From NCBI GenBank assembly GCA_016618085.1, contig JABLTG010000016.1, positions 124,001-187,281 of the forward strand: 63,281 nucleotides of DNA, written 5' to 3'. The stretch comes from Neovahlkampfia damariscottae (taxonomy: Eukaryota). Position numbers and translations under genes: made by a program. Position 1 is the stretch's first letter, and each line of letters starts with the position of its first letter. Of this stretch, positions 13,106 through 25,902 are shown one piece after another. Below the pieces are notes generated by a model. That model saw only the letters and a program-made list of their open reading frames with translations, was not told the origin of the DNA and made no database searches.

Positions 13106-16100
13106 ATGTATCAGTACTCTTCACCGAGAAAACAGGAGGTTGAAATAGACCATCTGTTTGACTCGAAACAATCAAACAAGAGATTAAAATTCATAAAAAA
13201 ATCGATAAAAAAAGATTTTGATGGAAATATCTCCGCTATTCATTCTTCAAAAAACTTTATCTACGTTGGAACCTCCAATGGAGTAATTTATAAATTAAAA
13301 GAAAAACCAGACTTGGAATGTGAAGAAATATCAAAATTTAAAGGAGAAAAAAAAGAAATTATTGATATTCAAACAGATACTGTTTGTGAGTTACTTTTTT
13401 TTCAAAATTCAAAAGGAGTCATTGGTATTCTGAATTTAGGAAGTTTTACATTAAATACAACGATAAAAGATATTGGAAAAAAGTTTTCAAAAGGTTATAT
13501 AACTTTTGATAAAACATTTTGTTTTTCTCTAGACAAAGGAAATAACTTTAATGAAACATCACAACATCAAATAGCCATTCATGCAGGAAAAAAAAATAAT
13601 ATTTCAATTTATCAATATGGAAATGAAGATGGTACTTTATTATCACAAGTTACATTACTTTATGATTTAAAAATTGAATCAACTGCAAAAGAAATATTTT
13701 TAATTGATAACTTACTTTCTTATTTTACAACTTGTTATAATTTATGTTCCATTTCAAAAGAAACAGAAGGAAAAATCAATTTTGATAATACAAAAATACA
13801 AACTTCAAAATCAGGTTCAATTTTATATGTCCAAAATCGTCCAGGAAAACAAAATTCACATATTGTCTATTTTCAAAGTGATGAATTTTTAGATCCAAAT
13901 TATTTTGATGATAATGAAAAGAAAGTTTCAAAATATATTGAATCAGCAACAGATCATTATGCAAATAAGTATAGTGATATGAAATTTTCAACTTCTCCTG
14001 CAATGGTTTCAATATCATTTCCATTCATTTGTGGAATGATAAAAAACAAAAAAGAAACAAAATTAGAATTTAAGAATGTTTTTAATCCAAGGTCTACAAA
14101 CCCTGATTTAAGAAATACTCTACCAAGTGTCAGAGATCCAATTGATTTATTATTACCTTTCAAAGCAAATCACTTGATTGGATCAAAATCAAATTTTTAT
14201 TTTTCAGTTGATAATGAACTTTATATGATTCCTTTACCTACTTCAGAACAAGTTCATTCAATGTTTCAAAAAGATCGATTAATTGCTGCTTCCAAAAAGA
14301 TTAACCAATTAAAAGGAGCAGTTGCTTTTGATTTTTCAGGTCCGAGTAACTCATTTAAAAGTGCGTTGGCCAGTCAAATAAAATTACACAAGGAAACAAT
14401 GAGAGAAAGACAAGCATCAATGGGTCCTTCAGTTTTTTCAAACAAAAAACTTCCAACTATTCCACAAACACAAAGAAATAAAATTGGGAGTATTGTTCCC
14501 ACTACAAAATCTCCAAGAAATGATATAGATAGCCCAACATCTCAACAACCATATGTACCTTTATTTAAACCAAATTTAATGTCAGAGTTGCAAAATTCAA
14601 TTGATAAGAAGAGAAATCAAAGTGTAGTTCTCACACCTCATAAAAATGGAATTGATAAACCATCAGTCCCAATGAAGAAACCACCTCCTCCGGTACCAAA
14701 TAAACCAAAGTCTCCAATATCAAATAATGGAGTGCTGAAGAAACCACCTCCACCATTACCTCCAACTGGAGATAAACCAAAAAAGAAACCTCCAGCACTT
14801 CCACCAAGAAAACAAAGCACATCAGTTAGTCCAGCAGTGGAAGTTACAAATAATTCATCACAAGTGAAAATTGTTGCTGAAAAAGCAATTAAAAAAACGA
14901 TTTCTGATCACAAGACAATGCCAGTTCAACAAACCCAACAAAATATCAAAGATCATAAAACAATGCCAATTCCAATATCTATTGAAAATGAATCAAAACC
15001 ATTTATCAAAAGTAGAAGAGGAAAAATGATTGCAACATTTACTGGAGAGAATGAAGAAGAAATTTCAGTTCCAAAAGATTCAATCATTGATATTATCCAA
15101 GATGAAGAAGATGGATGGACTCTATGTATATACGAAGAAAAAGAAGGAATAATACCGACACATTACTACAAAGAAACATTGTCAAAAACAGCACAAAAGA
15201 GGAATGACATTTTAGAAGAATTTTTGGAAACTGAAGAAACCTATGTTTCTAATTTGAATGTTTTAATGAAATATTTTATCAATCCATTTTTGAAAGATGG
15301 AATTGTTTCACCTCAATTTCATTCAAAAGTTTTTTCTTCTGTTAGTGTTGTATTAGGTGTGAATACTGTTTTTTTGACAAAATTAAAAATGGTTTTAAAA
15401 GAATCTGATGAGAATAAATTATCAGAAATGAGTAAATTGTTATCAAGTTTTGCACAAACATTTAAATTGTATGTTGGATATATTAAAGATTATGAATCAA
15501 TGAATGATTCAATAATTAAAGAAAAATCAAAAAATCAAAAATTGTCACAGTATTTATTGGATATTAGAAAAGATTTAAAAGCAAAAGGTCATATTATAGA
15601 TATTCAAAGTTATTTAATTTTACCTGTTCAAAGGTTACCAAGATATAGAATGCTTCTGGAGGACTTATTGAGAGTAAGAAATTTTTGTTCATTTCTAACC
15701 TACATAGAACACTCCTCAAGAAGAAGGTCTCGAAAATTATGAACAAATTAAAAAAGCCACAAAGGATATTAGTTCAATTGTTCTTTATTGTAATGAAAAA
15801 CAAAGAGAAATTGATGACAAACGATATATTACTAGTTTACAAAAGAAATTCAATCTTCCAGTAACACAGTTCAAAATTTTTAATCATTTTAAAGTTGAAT
15901 CGATATCAAAAAATGGTCAGAGAGAAAAAGGATAAAGATAAAATCTCATTTCTTTATAATTCAAAAACATTTGAAATTTCATTTCTTATCGTTTTGAATG
16001 ATATGATGATATTTCCAGTTGGAAAAGCTAACATTGTTTTTCCATTGATTGATATCAAAATTGTACCAGCACTTGCGAAAGTCATTCAATTTGGTTTTTC

Positions 16101-16206
16101 TATTGTCAATGCAGAAAAAGATCTTGTTCAATTCATTTTTGAAAATGAATCAACATTGAATGATTGGAAGCAGATATTCGATGAATTAGGAGAACAATTT
16201 GAATAA
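13106..16206 (+). CDS. RhoGEF protein 2: CNH-like propeller, Pro-rich region, SH3, DH, PH-like (paralog of the neighbour)
   Basis: Shares KYSD(I/M)KFS, ISFPFI and EFKNVFNxRSTNP with its neighbour; canonical DH EFLETEETYV..YLILPVQRLPRY; two 3' introns. Confidence 0.88.
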
Positions 16207-16215
16207 AAAGTATAT

Positions 16216-17867
16216 TTAAACAATATGATGAAAATTTTCTTCTTGAATTAATCCACATTGAGCATTATCAAATAATAATTTTGTTTCAATTCCTTCTTGA
16301 AAATTCTTTGATAGAAATTCTTTTTTCAATGGTATAATATGACCTTCAGTATTGAAAGTATAAGGATTTTGATTAACAAAATTTTCTTCATCAAATAAAA
16401 GATACAAATATTTCAACGTCTCTGCTAAAAAGAATGATTCCATTTTATCTTCATGAACACCTGTTTGAACATCTTTAACAACAGCAAATCCACATTTCTA
16501 ATGATTTTGAGAAAATGTTAAATCAATTTACCACTCTAGTTAATTTGTTTATTGAATACACAATATCTCTTCCCATAAACAAATAAATTGGATCTTTTGT
16601 GATTCGATATAAAGTGTAAATAGATTCTGCAAGTTCAGGTCTTAATGGGTATCCTTGTTGACCATTTTGAACTGCACCATGTTGAATATTAAATCCTTCT
16701 GGTGTCATTCCAAAACGTCTCCAAACTGAATGGAAATTTGCAACAGTTTTTCTTGCATCTGGAATATTCCCCGCTAATGCTTCAATTCCAGGAAAAAATG
16801 CTTGTAAAGAATTAAAAATGGGCCAAACTGTATTTGCTGTATTCATGTCAACATCATAGTACCAATGATTTTTGTACAAATGTTTCTTAATGGATTTATA
16901 ACACTATTGAAAAAAATTAATGAATTTTGATGTGATACTTCAACAAACATTTCATGATATGATTCAGTTCCAAACAACAAATATCCTTTGAATAAATATT
17001 CAAAGAATGAATCAATACTTGATCCAATTCCACTTTCTTTCAATGTCCAATGTCCTGTTTCAATGTTGATATGATTTCCAACCAATCCCAAAGCACTTCT
17101 TCTTTCAAATATTGCAATTGTTGCTTTCTCTGCCATTTCTAAGTATGAAGAATTTCCCAATAAATGACTTAATAAACCAAATTCTAATAAGAATGTTCCT
17201 GCACCTGCTACTGATGTGACTTTGACTTCATTTGGTGGAACTCCATTTTTAAAATTGACAGTTCCATAAGGTATACCTGTTGTTGTTTTAAAAGCATGAG
17301 ATAATCTATCAACTAAGTCTTTCAAAATTGGCAACAATTCGCCTCTATTGGAATAAAAATTTTTTTTTTTTACTTGTAGTCTGACATAATTTTCTTATCA
17401 CTTGCCAATAAATGTGCTGATATCAAACCTCCAACAATTCTAATATTTGTTTCAAAAACTGAGACTGGAATGTCTTTTTCAAAATTTGCATGTTCAACAA
17501 CGTATTTAACTCCTTTGATGAATTCTGTATTGTTTCCTATAATTACAAGTGTATCTAAGGTATCTACTAAAGTCAGTTGTGAGGACACCCATGCTGTTGA
17601 AAAATTTAAAAGTAAGAAATTCTAACTGTCGAATCCTTCACATGATAATGGTTTTAATTCATCTTTTGGAAATGCATGCGTCATGTAATTGTCGTAGGCA
17701 TGATAAAACATCTCTTTGACATCGTTTCTGGTTTTTCATTTTTAATTTTTTTGTGTTTTTTACCGAATATTTTCAATTTGTTCTTTATTCATATAGCTAC
17801 TATTTGTTTTTACATTTAATATTGAAATGAAAAAAATCAGATAAAACACCAATTGAAGAGATTTCAT
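16216..17867 (-). CDS. EDEM: EDEM-type GH47 alpha-1,2-mannosidase-like protein (multi-exon, signal peptide)
   Basis: [71 protein letters not shown]. Confidence 0.92.
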
Positions 17868-18088
17868 CTCCAACAAAGACTTCTAAATTGATTTTATTGG
17901 TCAACACTTTTTAAACAGAAAAAGTTCAAGTTTCAGCTGATTTCCTATCAATTTTTGAAAAATAATATAAATATGAACAGTGTGAACAAAAAATAAGAAT
18001 ATCCTCTTTCTTGTTTCTGAGTCAGGATATGTTCAGCCTCAAAAGAATTCTGGCGAATGAAACTGTTTAGAAGTTTAATTGATCATAA

Positions 18089-18876
18089 ATGAATCAAATC
18101 AACAAAAATATGGACTTAATAATATTTACGTATTATACTTCATTTATTTTCTTTGGTATGCAAGAAAAACTTCAAATTTTTTTCTTCAGAGTTTATCAAA
18201 AACAATTTTATTCAGAAATAGAAAATAAATTAAAATTTCATGGAAATTTAACATCACTTCTTCATTCATTATTGAACACAATTGGAATGTTATACATATT
18301 TTTTTCTCAATGGGATCAATTTTCAATAAATTTGACTAATTTGGATACATTTGAATCAACATTGCTATTTAGCTTTAGTTTAGGATATTTCATTTATGAT
18401 ACTTTAAGTATGCAGATTAAAGGATTTTATGAACATGATAAAACATTAATAATTCATCATTTGATGACTATATTCTGTATGAGGTGAGATCACTGAAATT
18501 AAATAATTTTTAAAGTCGTGGATTATTTCAACAAAATTTTCATGGAATGATGATATTAATATCATTAGCTGAAATAAATTCCATATTTTTGCATCTTAGA
18601 ACTTTGATAAGACAAGGTTTTAAGTTTCAACAAGTTCCAAGCATCATTAGAATATATCAATATATCATGATTCTCAATTATGTTACCTTTTTATTTTTCA
18701 GATTGATCCCAGAGTTTTATGTTTTATATAAAGCATTTTATCTTGTGAACACAGGAATTTCGAAATCAATCACAATTGTGGGAGTTATTTGCATTCAAAT
18801 TTTGAATTTTCATTTATTTTACAAAATTATCAAATCAGAAATGAAATCAAAAAAAAAAATTGTATACAAAGCCTGA
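18089..18876 (+). CDS. TLC (TRAM/LAG1/CLN8) domain membrane protein
   Basis: SLGYFIYD, IIHH, EINSIFLHLR, FLFFR; one intron at ~18484-18514. Confidence 0.85.
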
Positions 18877-18951
18877 TACAAAATAAAGTGTAATTGAAAA
18901 AAATCCATTTTCTTTTTATAGATTCCCCTCAACCAATCAAAACACAAACAC

Positions 18952-21900
18952 ATGACTCAACAATCACCTTCTGTTGAAATAAAACCTGAACAACTAACTG
19001 GAGTAAAATTCAGCCATAAAGTATCAACTCCTTTACTCTTGGACTCTATATTGTATGAAGTTGAAATTCTTCCAAATTCAAAAGTTTATACTCAAAAAAC
19101 AACATTAAATTTTAAAAACTATTGCGACAAAAAATTAGAAGGAGAATTAGTATTCCCATTACCAGAAGAAGCTACTATTTGTGGTTATGCTCTTCAAATC
19201 GATGATGATTTAGTTGACGCAACAGTCGTCCAAAAGAAAAAAGCACAAAAAGTATTTGACCAAGAAGTGAGATCAGGACAAACAGTTTCTCTCATTGAAA
19301 AAGTCATTGGTAATCAATACAAAACAAAAATTTATCCATGGGAACCAAATTCTACAAAAACCGTTCGTTTAGAATTTCTATCCGACTTGAAGTCCAATGA
19401 AAAAGATTTGTTTTTTTCAATTCCAGTAGAAAGCTCAAAACATGAAAAATTATCAAAAATATCATTATTAATCAATTCAACTCAAAAACCAAATGTGACT
19501 TTAGGAGACAAAAAACAAAGCTTAACAAAAAAAGAGGGAAAGTATGCTATTGAATTCTCTGGTGATGATTTACAAGATTTGGATATTTTAAACATATATC
19601 CTACTACAGAAGATAAAAATTCAGTTTCAATCGAAAAAAATACAATCACAGAAACTATCTATTTCAATATTTCTGATTTCGTTCAAATTCCAAACAACGA
19701 GCAAATTCAAAAGAAACAAGGAAATATTTCCATCATCTGGGATAGTTCATTAAGCCGTGAAAAATTAAAATTTGAAAAAATTGAATTCCAATTATTATCG
19801 GAATTACTTTCAAATGGGAAATTTGAAATTGATCTTTATTCATTTAGTAATACACTAAATACTGTTGGAACCTTTGAAGATTTTGAAACGTTAAAAAGTG
19901 CATTGAAATTGATTCAATATGATGGAGGTACAAATATTTATCAACTGAATAATTTAAATCTTTCAAATTATGATTATTGTTTATTATTTACGGACGGATT
20001 GGATACTTTATCAGTTACTAATTTACCGCTAATTAAATTCAAATCATCATGTCCAATTTATTGTTTAAATTCATCAATCAATTGCAATAGATCTTACATG
20101 AATTACATTTGTGATATAACAAATGGAGCTTTTTATCAATTGAATGAATCAAATGTTCAATCAATTTCAAAGAAAATAGGATTTTCACCTTATAGTTTTT
20201 TATCTGCAGAATTTAATGAAGATGAAATCTCAGAAGTGTATCCTTCAAAAACGACTCAATTGATTGATTCTCTTTTTCATTTAAATGGAATTCTTTTGAA
20301 AGATGAAGCATCAATCAAGTTAAACTTTGGATCAGGAAAAGAAATCAAAGAAACAAAAACTTTCAAAATTTCAAAAAACAATGCAGTCTCTTCAAAAATT
20401 GTTGGAATGTTATGGGCTAAAAGATGTTTATCTGAAATGGAATGTTTTTCTGAACATTTTGAAGAAGAAATCATTTCTATTGGAAGACAATTCAGTTTAG
20501 TCACTAAAGATACTTCATTGATCGTTTTAGAAAATTTAGATCAACATTTGAAACATAATATTGTCCCTTCAAAAACAAGAAAATCACTTTATGATGATTA
20601 TTTAAAAACTATGGAAGAAGAACAAAAATTGAAAACAAAGAGAATGAATGCAAAACTTGAAATTGTTAAGGGATATTGGAAAGAGTATATGGATTGGTAT
20701 AATCAAGATTTCGTACCTAAACATCTTGAAAATATGATTTCACAAACCAAAGAAGCTGTTGAAGAACAAAACATGGTAAAAAAAGAAATTGATGGAATCT
20801 CAACAAAAATTGAAAAATTGAAAGATGAGTATAAATTACTTTTAGAAAAGAATAAAAAAAATAATGAATTGAAATTGATTGAAAAGAAAAAAGAGATTGA
20901 AGATGAAATTAAGATGTTGAAAGTTGAATATGAATATAGGAAGAAAGAAATGGAAAGAATGAAAAGTGAAACAATGGCACATGAAGAAGAAGAAAAAAAA
21001 AGGGTCTATGAAGAAGAACAAAAAAAATATGAAGAAGAACGAAGAAAATATGAAGAAATTGAGAAACTTGAATGTGCAAAAGAACAAACATATGATGAAA
21101 TAGAAATAGAAAGAGAATATTTACAACAAGAACAATGCTTAAGATATGAGGAGGAAGAAAGAAGTTTATCTTCAATGTCACGCTCAAGAAATATTGAGGA
21201 AAATGAACCATCACTTGAAAATGACCAATCAAATGAATCATCATCAATGAACTTGAAATCTTGGGATCCGAATGTTCCTTACATTAATGAATTAAAGAAA
21301 CTACAAAAAGATGAACTTTATATTAATTACTTGAGATTAAGAAATACACAAGGTTCTTCACCAGCCTATTATTTAGATTGTTGTGATTTCTTTTTCAAAC
21401 AAGGATTAAAAAATGAATCTTTAAAAATTCTATCAAATTTATCAGAATTAGAGTTTGATAGTGCTCAATTATTGAGAATTATTGGGTACAAATTAGAAGA
21501 AATTGGTGAATTAGATTTAAGTATACAAACATTCAGAAAAGTACTTTCTTTAAAACCTGATGAACCTCAAAGTTATAGAGATTTGGGATTAGTATTAGAA
21601 AAAGCAAACCAACCAAAAGAAGCAATTCAATTACTCTACAAAGTTGTGATCGGTGAATGGTCTTCAAAATTCTCAGAAATTGAAATCACTGCATTACAAG
21701 AATTGAATCGTTGTATTGATTTATATGGAGATTTCAATATCAAAATTCCAGACTATTTAAGAAATTCAACTCCTTTAGATTTACGTATCATTATGGCTTG
21801 GGATACTGATATGGTTGATATTGATTTACACACAATTGAACCAAATGGAGAAGAAGTGTATTATGGTCATAAAAGATCTGAGTTTGGTGGTTTAAATTCT

Positions 21901-22365
21901 AGAGATTTTACTCAAGGTTATGGTCCCGAAACTTATTCATTAAAGACAGCAATGCCAGGAGTTTATAGGATCAAAGCAAGATATTACTCATCACATCAAC
22001 AATCTTTGACTGGGGGAACAACAATATTATTGACATTGTTCACAAAATATGGTGTTAAAAATCAAGAGAAATGTCAACAAATAACCATTAGATTGTCTCA
22101 ATCAAAACAAGATTTTCAAGTTGGTGAAATTGAAATTAAAAATGATAAAATTACCTTTATTCAAAATGATTTAAATGCTCAAACAAAAGAATTGGAGATA
22201 TTAAAAGAAAAATTGAAAGAAGAAAATCAAAAATATATTGAAGAAGAAACTAATCAAAAAAAATTGATTAATGAAGAAGAAGAAAAACACAAACAGAAAA
22301 TTGTTGAAATCCAAAATAATTCTGAATTAAAAGAGATTCAAAAACTAATTAATGAATTAAAATAA
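18952..22365 (+). CDS. VIT-vWA-coiled coil-TPR-DUF2135 (YfaP-like) protein, intronless
   Basis: VIT LEGELVFPLPEEATICGYAL; vWA WDSSLS/YDGGT/LFTDG; TPR PDEPQSYRDLGL; DUF2135 WDTDMVDIDLHTIEPNGE...DFTQGYGPE. Confidence 0.88.
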   Translation: MTQQSPSVEIKPEQLTGVKFSHKVSTPLLLDSILYEVEILPNSKVYTQKTTLNFKNYCDKKLEGELVFPLPEEATICGYALQIDDDLVDATVVQKKKAQKVFDQEVRSGQTVSLIEKVIGNQYKTKIYPWEPNSTKTVRLEFLSDLKSNEKDLFFSIPVESSKHEKLSKISLLINSTQKPNVTLGDKKQSLTKKEGKYAIEFSGDDLQDLDILNIYPTTEDKNSVSIEKNTITETIYFNISDFVQIPNNEQIQKKQGNISIIWDSSLSREKLKFEKIEFQLLSELLSNGKFEIDLYSFSNTLNTVGTFEDFETLKSALKLIQYDGGTNIYQLNNLNLSNYDYCLLFTDGLDTLSVTNLPLIKFKSSCPIYCLNSSINCNRSYMNYICDITNGAFYQLNESNVQSISKKIGFSPYSFLSAEFNEDEISEVYPSKTTQLIDSLFHLNGILLKDEASIKLNFGSGKEIKETKTFKISKNNAVSSKIVGMLWAKRCLSEMECFSEHFEEEIISIGRQFSLVTKDTSLIVLENLDQHLKHNIVPSKTRKSLYDDYLKTMEEEQKLKTKRMNAKLEIVKGYWKEYMDWYNQDFVPKHLENMISQTKEAVEEQNMVKKEIDGISTKIEKLKDEYKLLLEKNKKNNELKLIEKKKEIEDEIKMLKVEYEYRKKEMERMKSETMAHEEEEKKRVYEEEQKKYEEERRKYEEIEKLECAKEQTYDEIEIEREYLQQEQCLRYEEEERSLSSMSRSRNIEENEPSLENDQSNESSSMNLKSWDPNVPYINELKKLQKDELYINYLRLRNTQGSSPAYYLDCCDFFFKQGLKNESLKILSNLSELEFDSAQLLRIIGYKLEEIGELDLSIQTFRKVLSLKPDEPQSYRDLGLVLEKANQPKEAIQLLYKVVIGEWSSKFSEIEITALQELNRCIDLYGDFNIKIPDYLRNSTPLDLRIIMAWDTDMVDIDLHTIEPNGEEVYYGHKRSEFGGLNSRDFTQGYGPETYSLKTAMPGVYRIKARYYSSHQQSLTGGTTILLTLFTKYGVKNQEKCQQITIRLSQSKQDFQVGEIEIKNDKITFIQNDLNAQTKELEILKEKLKEENQKYIEEETNQKKLINEEEEKHKQKIVEIQNNSELKEIQKLINELK

Positions 22366-22405
22366 TTTTGTTTTATCACCAATATTTTCAACCAATCAAA
22401 TAACA

Positions 22406-23330
22406 ATGAAAAAAGAATTGAAAGAAATAGAGCAAGAGTATTTTCAAAAAGAATATATGAAAATGATTGAATACAAAGAAGAAAAAAATTATGTTTCATG
22501 TTTGGTAAAACAATTAAAGATTAAATTGAACAGTTAAGTGGATTATTGATACAACCAAAATTACCATATTCAAAACAACTGTATTCTTGTATGGGAGAAT
22601 CATGTGAAAAATTAGGATTCATTTCATCTGGAAGAAGATGGTAATAAGCTTTAAATTCTAATTTTGAAGTTTTGTTTTATCAATTCATTTACGGCCTACT
22701 GATTTGTCTCTTTTGAATAAATACTCAAATTTCTTGGAATCAAATAACCCACAAGCTACCCAAATGAATGAATTGAAAAAAAGAAGAAATTTATTGAATG
22801 AAGAAAATTTTGATTTAAAATTTTACTTCTTCAAACAATTAATGAATGAAGGAAAATTTGAAAAAGCTTATGAGTTTATTTCGAGTTATTTTATAAGAAA
22901 TGAAATTGAAAATTCAAATGAAGTTAAAATAATCAATGATGAATTTCTCAAAAATGATCAAATTCAATTTGCAATTAATATTTTAGTACTTGGAACAAAA
23001 TTATACCCCAAAGAAGAAAATTTTTATTTTTTATTATATGAATTATTCGTTAAAATTGAAGATTTTTTATCTGCTTTCAAATCGTATGTTCATTATATTT
23101 ATTTTTCAAGAAATCTTTCATTTGATCAAGTTTTGACTTGTGCCAATTTACTCGAAAAATCAAAATATTTTTGGCATTCATTCTTATTATATTATAATTA
23201 TTTAACTCAATTTCCTAATGATGAAAAAATTTTAAAAAAAATTAAAGAATTGATTGATCAAGAGTAAGTTGAATTTTTTTTGACAAATCAAAGACTCAAA
23301 AAAATTTACCCATTTTATTTGAACATTTGA
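22406..23330 (+). CDS. hypothetical helical (TPR-like) protein, 3 introns
   Basis: Open exons joined by GT-AG mini-introns; two CCAAT boxes in the 40-bp upstream gap. Confidence 0.6.
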
Positions 23331-23334
23331 AAGT

Positions 23335-24131
23335 TTATTTTGTTTTTTTATCTTCAAATATTTCCTCATCATCCTCATAATTTTGTGTCAACAAAGAACT
23401 AATATTAAAAATTTTGTTTTTTTTTTTACTCATATTGACTTGGATCATTTGAATAATTTCTCTCAAATTTCATTTGAAATTCTTTGAATTTATTCTTTGC
23501 ATCTTTAAAATAATATCAATTTTTCAATAAAAAAAACTTACATTCTGAAAATTGACCTAATTTTTCTGTGAATGATGTTTCTTCAGGTTCTTGAGGTTGT
23601 GATGAATTGATAGTTCCAATATTATTTGTGGTCACTTTTTTAACTTGTTTTGGTGTGTTATTAAATTGATTTGAATAAAGTTCTTGTTGTAAATGTCTCG
23701 CATACTCTTCATCCTTTTTTTTGAGATGAGAATTTTTTTTTTTTTTACATTTTTTGTTTTGCTTGAAACCAATGGAGCTGTTTGAGTAGTTGAACCTTTT
23801 GGTCTGTACATTAAGAAGTCATCAGCTAAATTTTAGTTTTTTGTTTTTGTTTACGTAAAGAGTGTTTTGGAGTTCCTTCAGGCATGGATTCTTGTTGTTG
23901 TGTTTCTTCTTGATATGGTACAGATGGTGCTGTTGCATTTTGTTTATTTGAGTCATCTATTTGTAATAAAAGTTCAATTCTACAAATATATAAGTTTTAA
24001 TTTATATTTTACGTTCTTTCCATGTGACCATTTGTTTGATAAATCATATTTTTCAGGATGTCTCTTTCAAAGTGTGGGAACATAGATTGAAGTGTTTCAA
24101 TCGCGTCGTTGAGTGATAACTTTTTGCTCAT
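23335..24131 (-). CDS. CUE-domain ubiquitin-binding protein (CUEDC1-like; multi-exon, missed by the ORF track)
   Basis: AIETLQSMFPHFERDIL...MERTIELLL (CUE MFP and LL motifs); DEEYARHLQQEL (MIU-like). Confidence 0.8.
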
Positions 24132-24425
24132 TGAAGTTGATGTTGTAATTTGATTGGATACTAAACTCCTTTTGATTTTAAGGTGGCTGGTTGGTTAAAA
24201 CTCCATTTTCAAATAACAACAAAAAATCCAAGAAAAATGATGAAAGATTGAAATTAACTGTTAACAAATATAGAATGTCAAAAAAGAATTGAAATACTTA
24301 CAAGGATAATAATAATTAAAAAAGAAATAATTAGTTTGCACTGACCTTGCTTAATGATTTTTGGAAAATTAAAAATTATTAAACTTTTTGTTTTTCAAAA
24401 CTCCGAAAATAAAGTGCCAATCAAA

Positions 24426-25859
24426 ATGATCAGTTGCATCTTACTCACACAGTTCGACAACAAAGAAGGAACTAAAATCGTGTTTCAATATCCATCAGAG
24501 TTTTAAATAGAATTATTAATTCCACTTTAGTTTTGTATCACCAGAATTATTTGAGTTAGTTTCAGATTATCTAATTACAAAAGTAAAAAACTGTTGATTT
24601 AAATCACTAAATTTTCAGCCACAAATGTGCGGAAAAGTTATATCTTGGAAAAATGAAAAATATAAATTTCGAGGTATTCCTCAACAAATCACAGGTTTTT
24701 TTACTTTTTGTTTTCACAAAAATTAGGAAGTCAATATGTAAGAAAAAAAAAAAATAAAAAAAATAGGAACGTAATGCATTATGGTTTAATTTAACAATGG
24801 TATTTACATGTGATGTGGATACAGAAAATTACAATCCAATTTTGATAAAAATCGGAAAAACTATTCGATCATTAGAAGTAACTCATTCTATCAAAAATTG
24901 TTGAATTTTTTTCAAAGATTGAAAGTTCATATTTAACTAACGATACTAAAAAACAAAATTTGTTCAAAATTTTACCTCAAATTGTTAAAGATTTGAATTC
25001 AACAAATGAAACATTTATCCAAATTGGTATTTCAATTTTCTTCATTTTAAAAAAAAAGATGATATATATTCGATAAATTTAAAGTTATTTCCAATATTAC
25101 AAGAACCTTCAGAGATTGAAAGTCATACAGTTCCGATACAAATCCGAGATTTAAGTGTACTTATTTCAGCTGAATGGGATTTGACGTTAATGAAGATTAT
25201 ACCACATATAAACGGTAAAATATGAATTTACATTAACAAATTAAGGTGTAAATTTTGTGAAACAAATTTCAAAACTGTCAAATGTTGAACTTTCAATTGT
25301 CAAAAAATGTCTGAAACATCTATTGTAAATTTATTCATTAAAAATAACTTTTATGAATAGATATTATAACTATATTGAAATGATTGATATATTTTCTTAT
25401 TTTAATACATACAGAATTGTCAACAAAGAGAAAATGTCAGATTTGTTTCATTCAACTGAATTCCAAGATGAATGTGTGAAATTTTTGAAGATATCAAATC
25501 AAACATTCAGAAAAGTTTTAATTTCATATTCAAAATTGAAACCTGGAGGTAAATTGAATCCAAATCTAAATTATACAAATATAGTTCGTTTACGTGATGT
25601 GGTTGATCTTTCTGATAAATCTTTCAATCATCGTTTGTTTATTGCATTTGGTTTACTTCATAAATTTATAAAGAGATGTCATTCTTATCCAATTTTGTTG
25701 AATCCAGAAAAGTATAAAGAGTTACCAAGTTTGTTGAAAAATATGTTAAATGGGAAAAATAATGCAGATGCAATTTGTTGTGAACTACAATGTACAAGAA
25801 CAGAATTGAGGAAAATATTGAATCAACTCACATCTGATTGTAAAATCATTTATAAATAA
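24426..25859 (+). CDS. NPRL2: GATOR1 subunit NPRL2/NPR2 (many mini-introns, 11-nt microexon)
   Basis: FDNKEGTKIVFQYP, YLITKPQMCGK, YERNALWFNL, WDLTLMKIIPHINGVNFVKQI, FIAFGL. Confidence 0.9.
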
Positions 25860-25902
25860 ATTCTTAATCAGGACCAATCAAAATACTCCGAATCTTTTCT
25901 TG

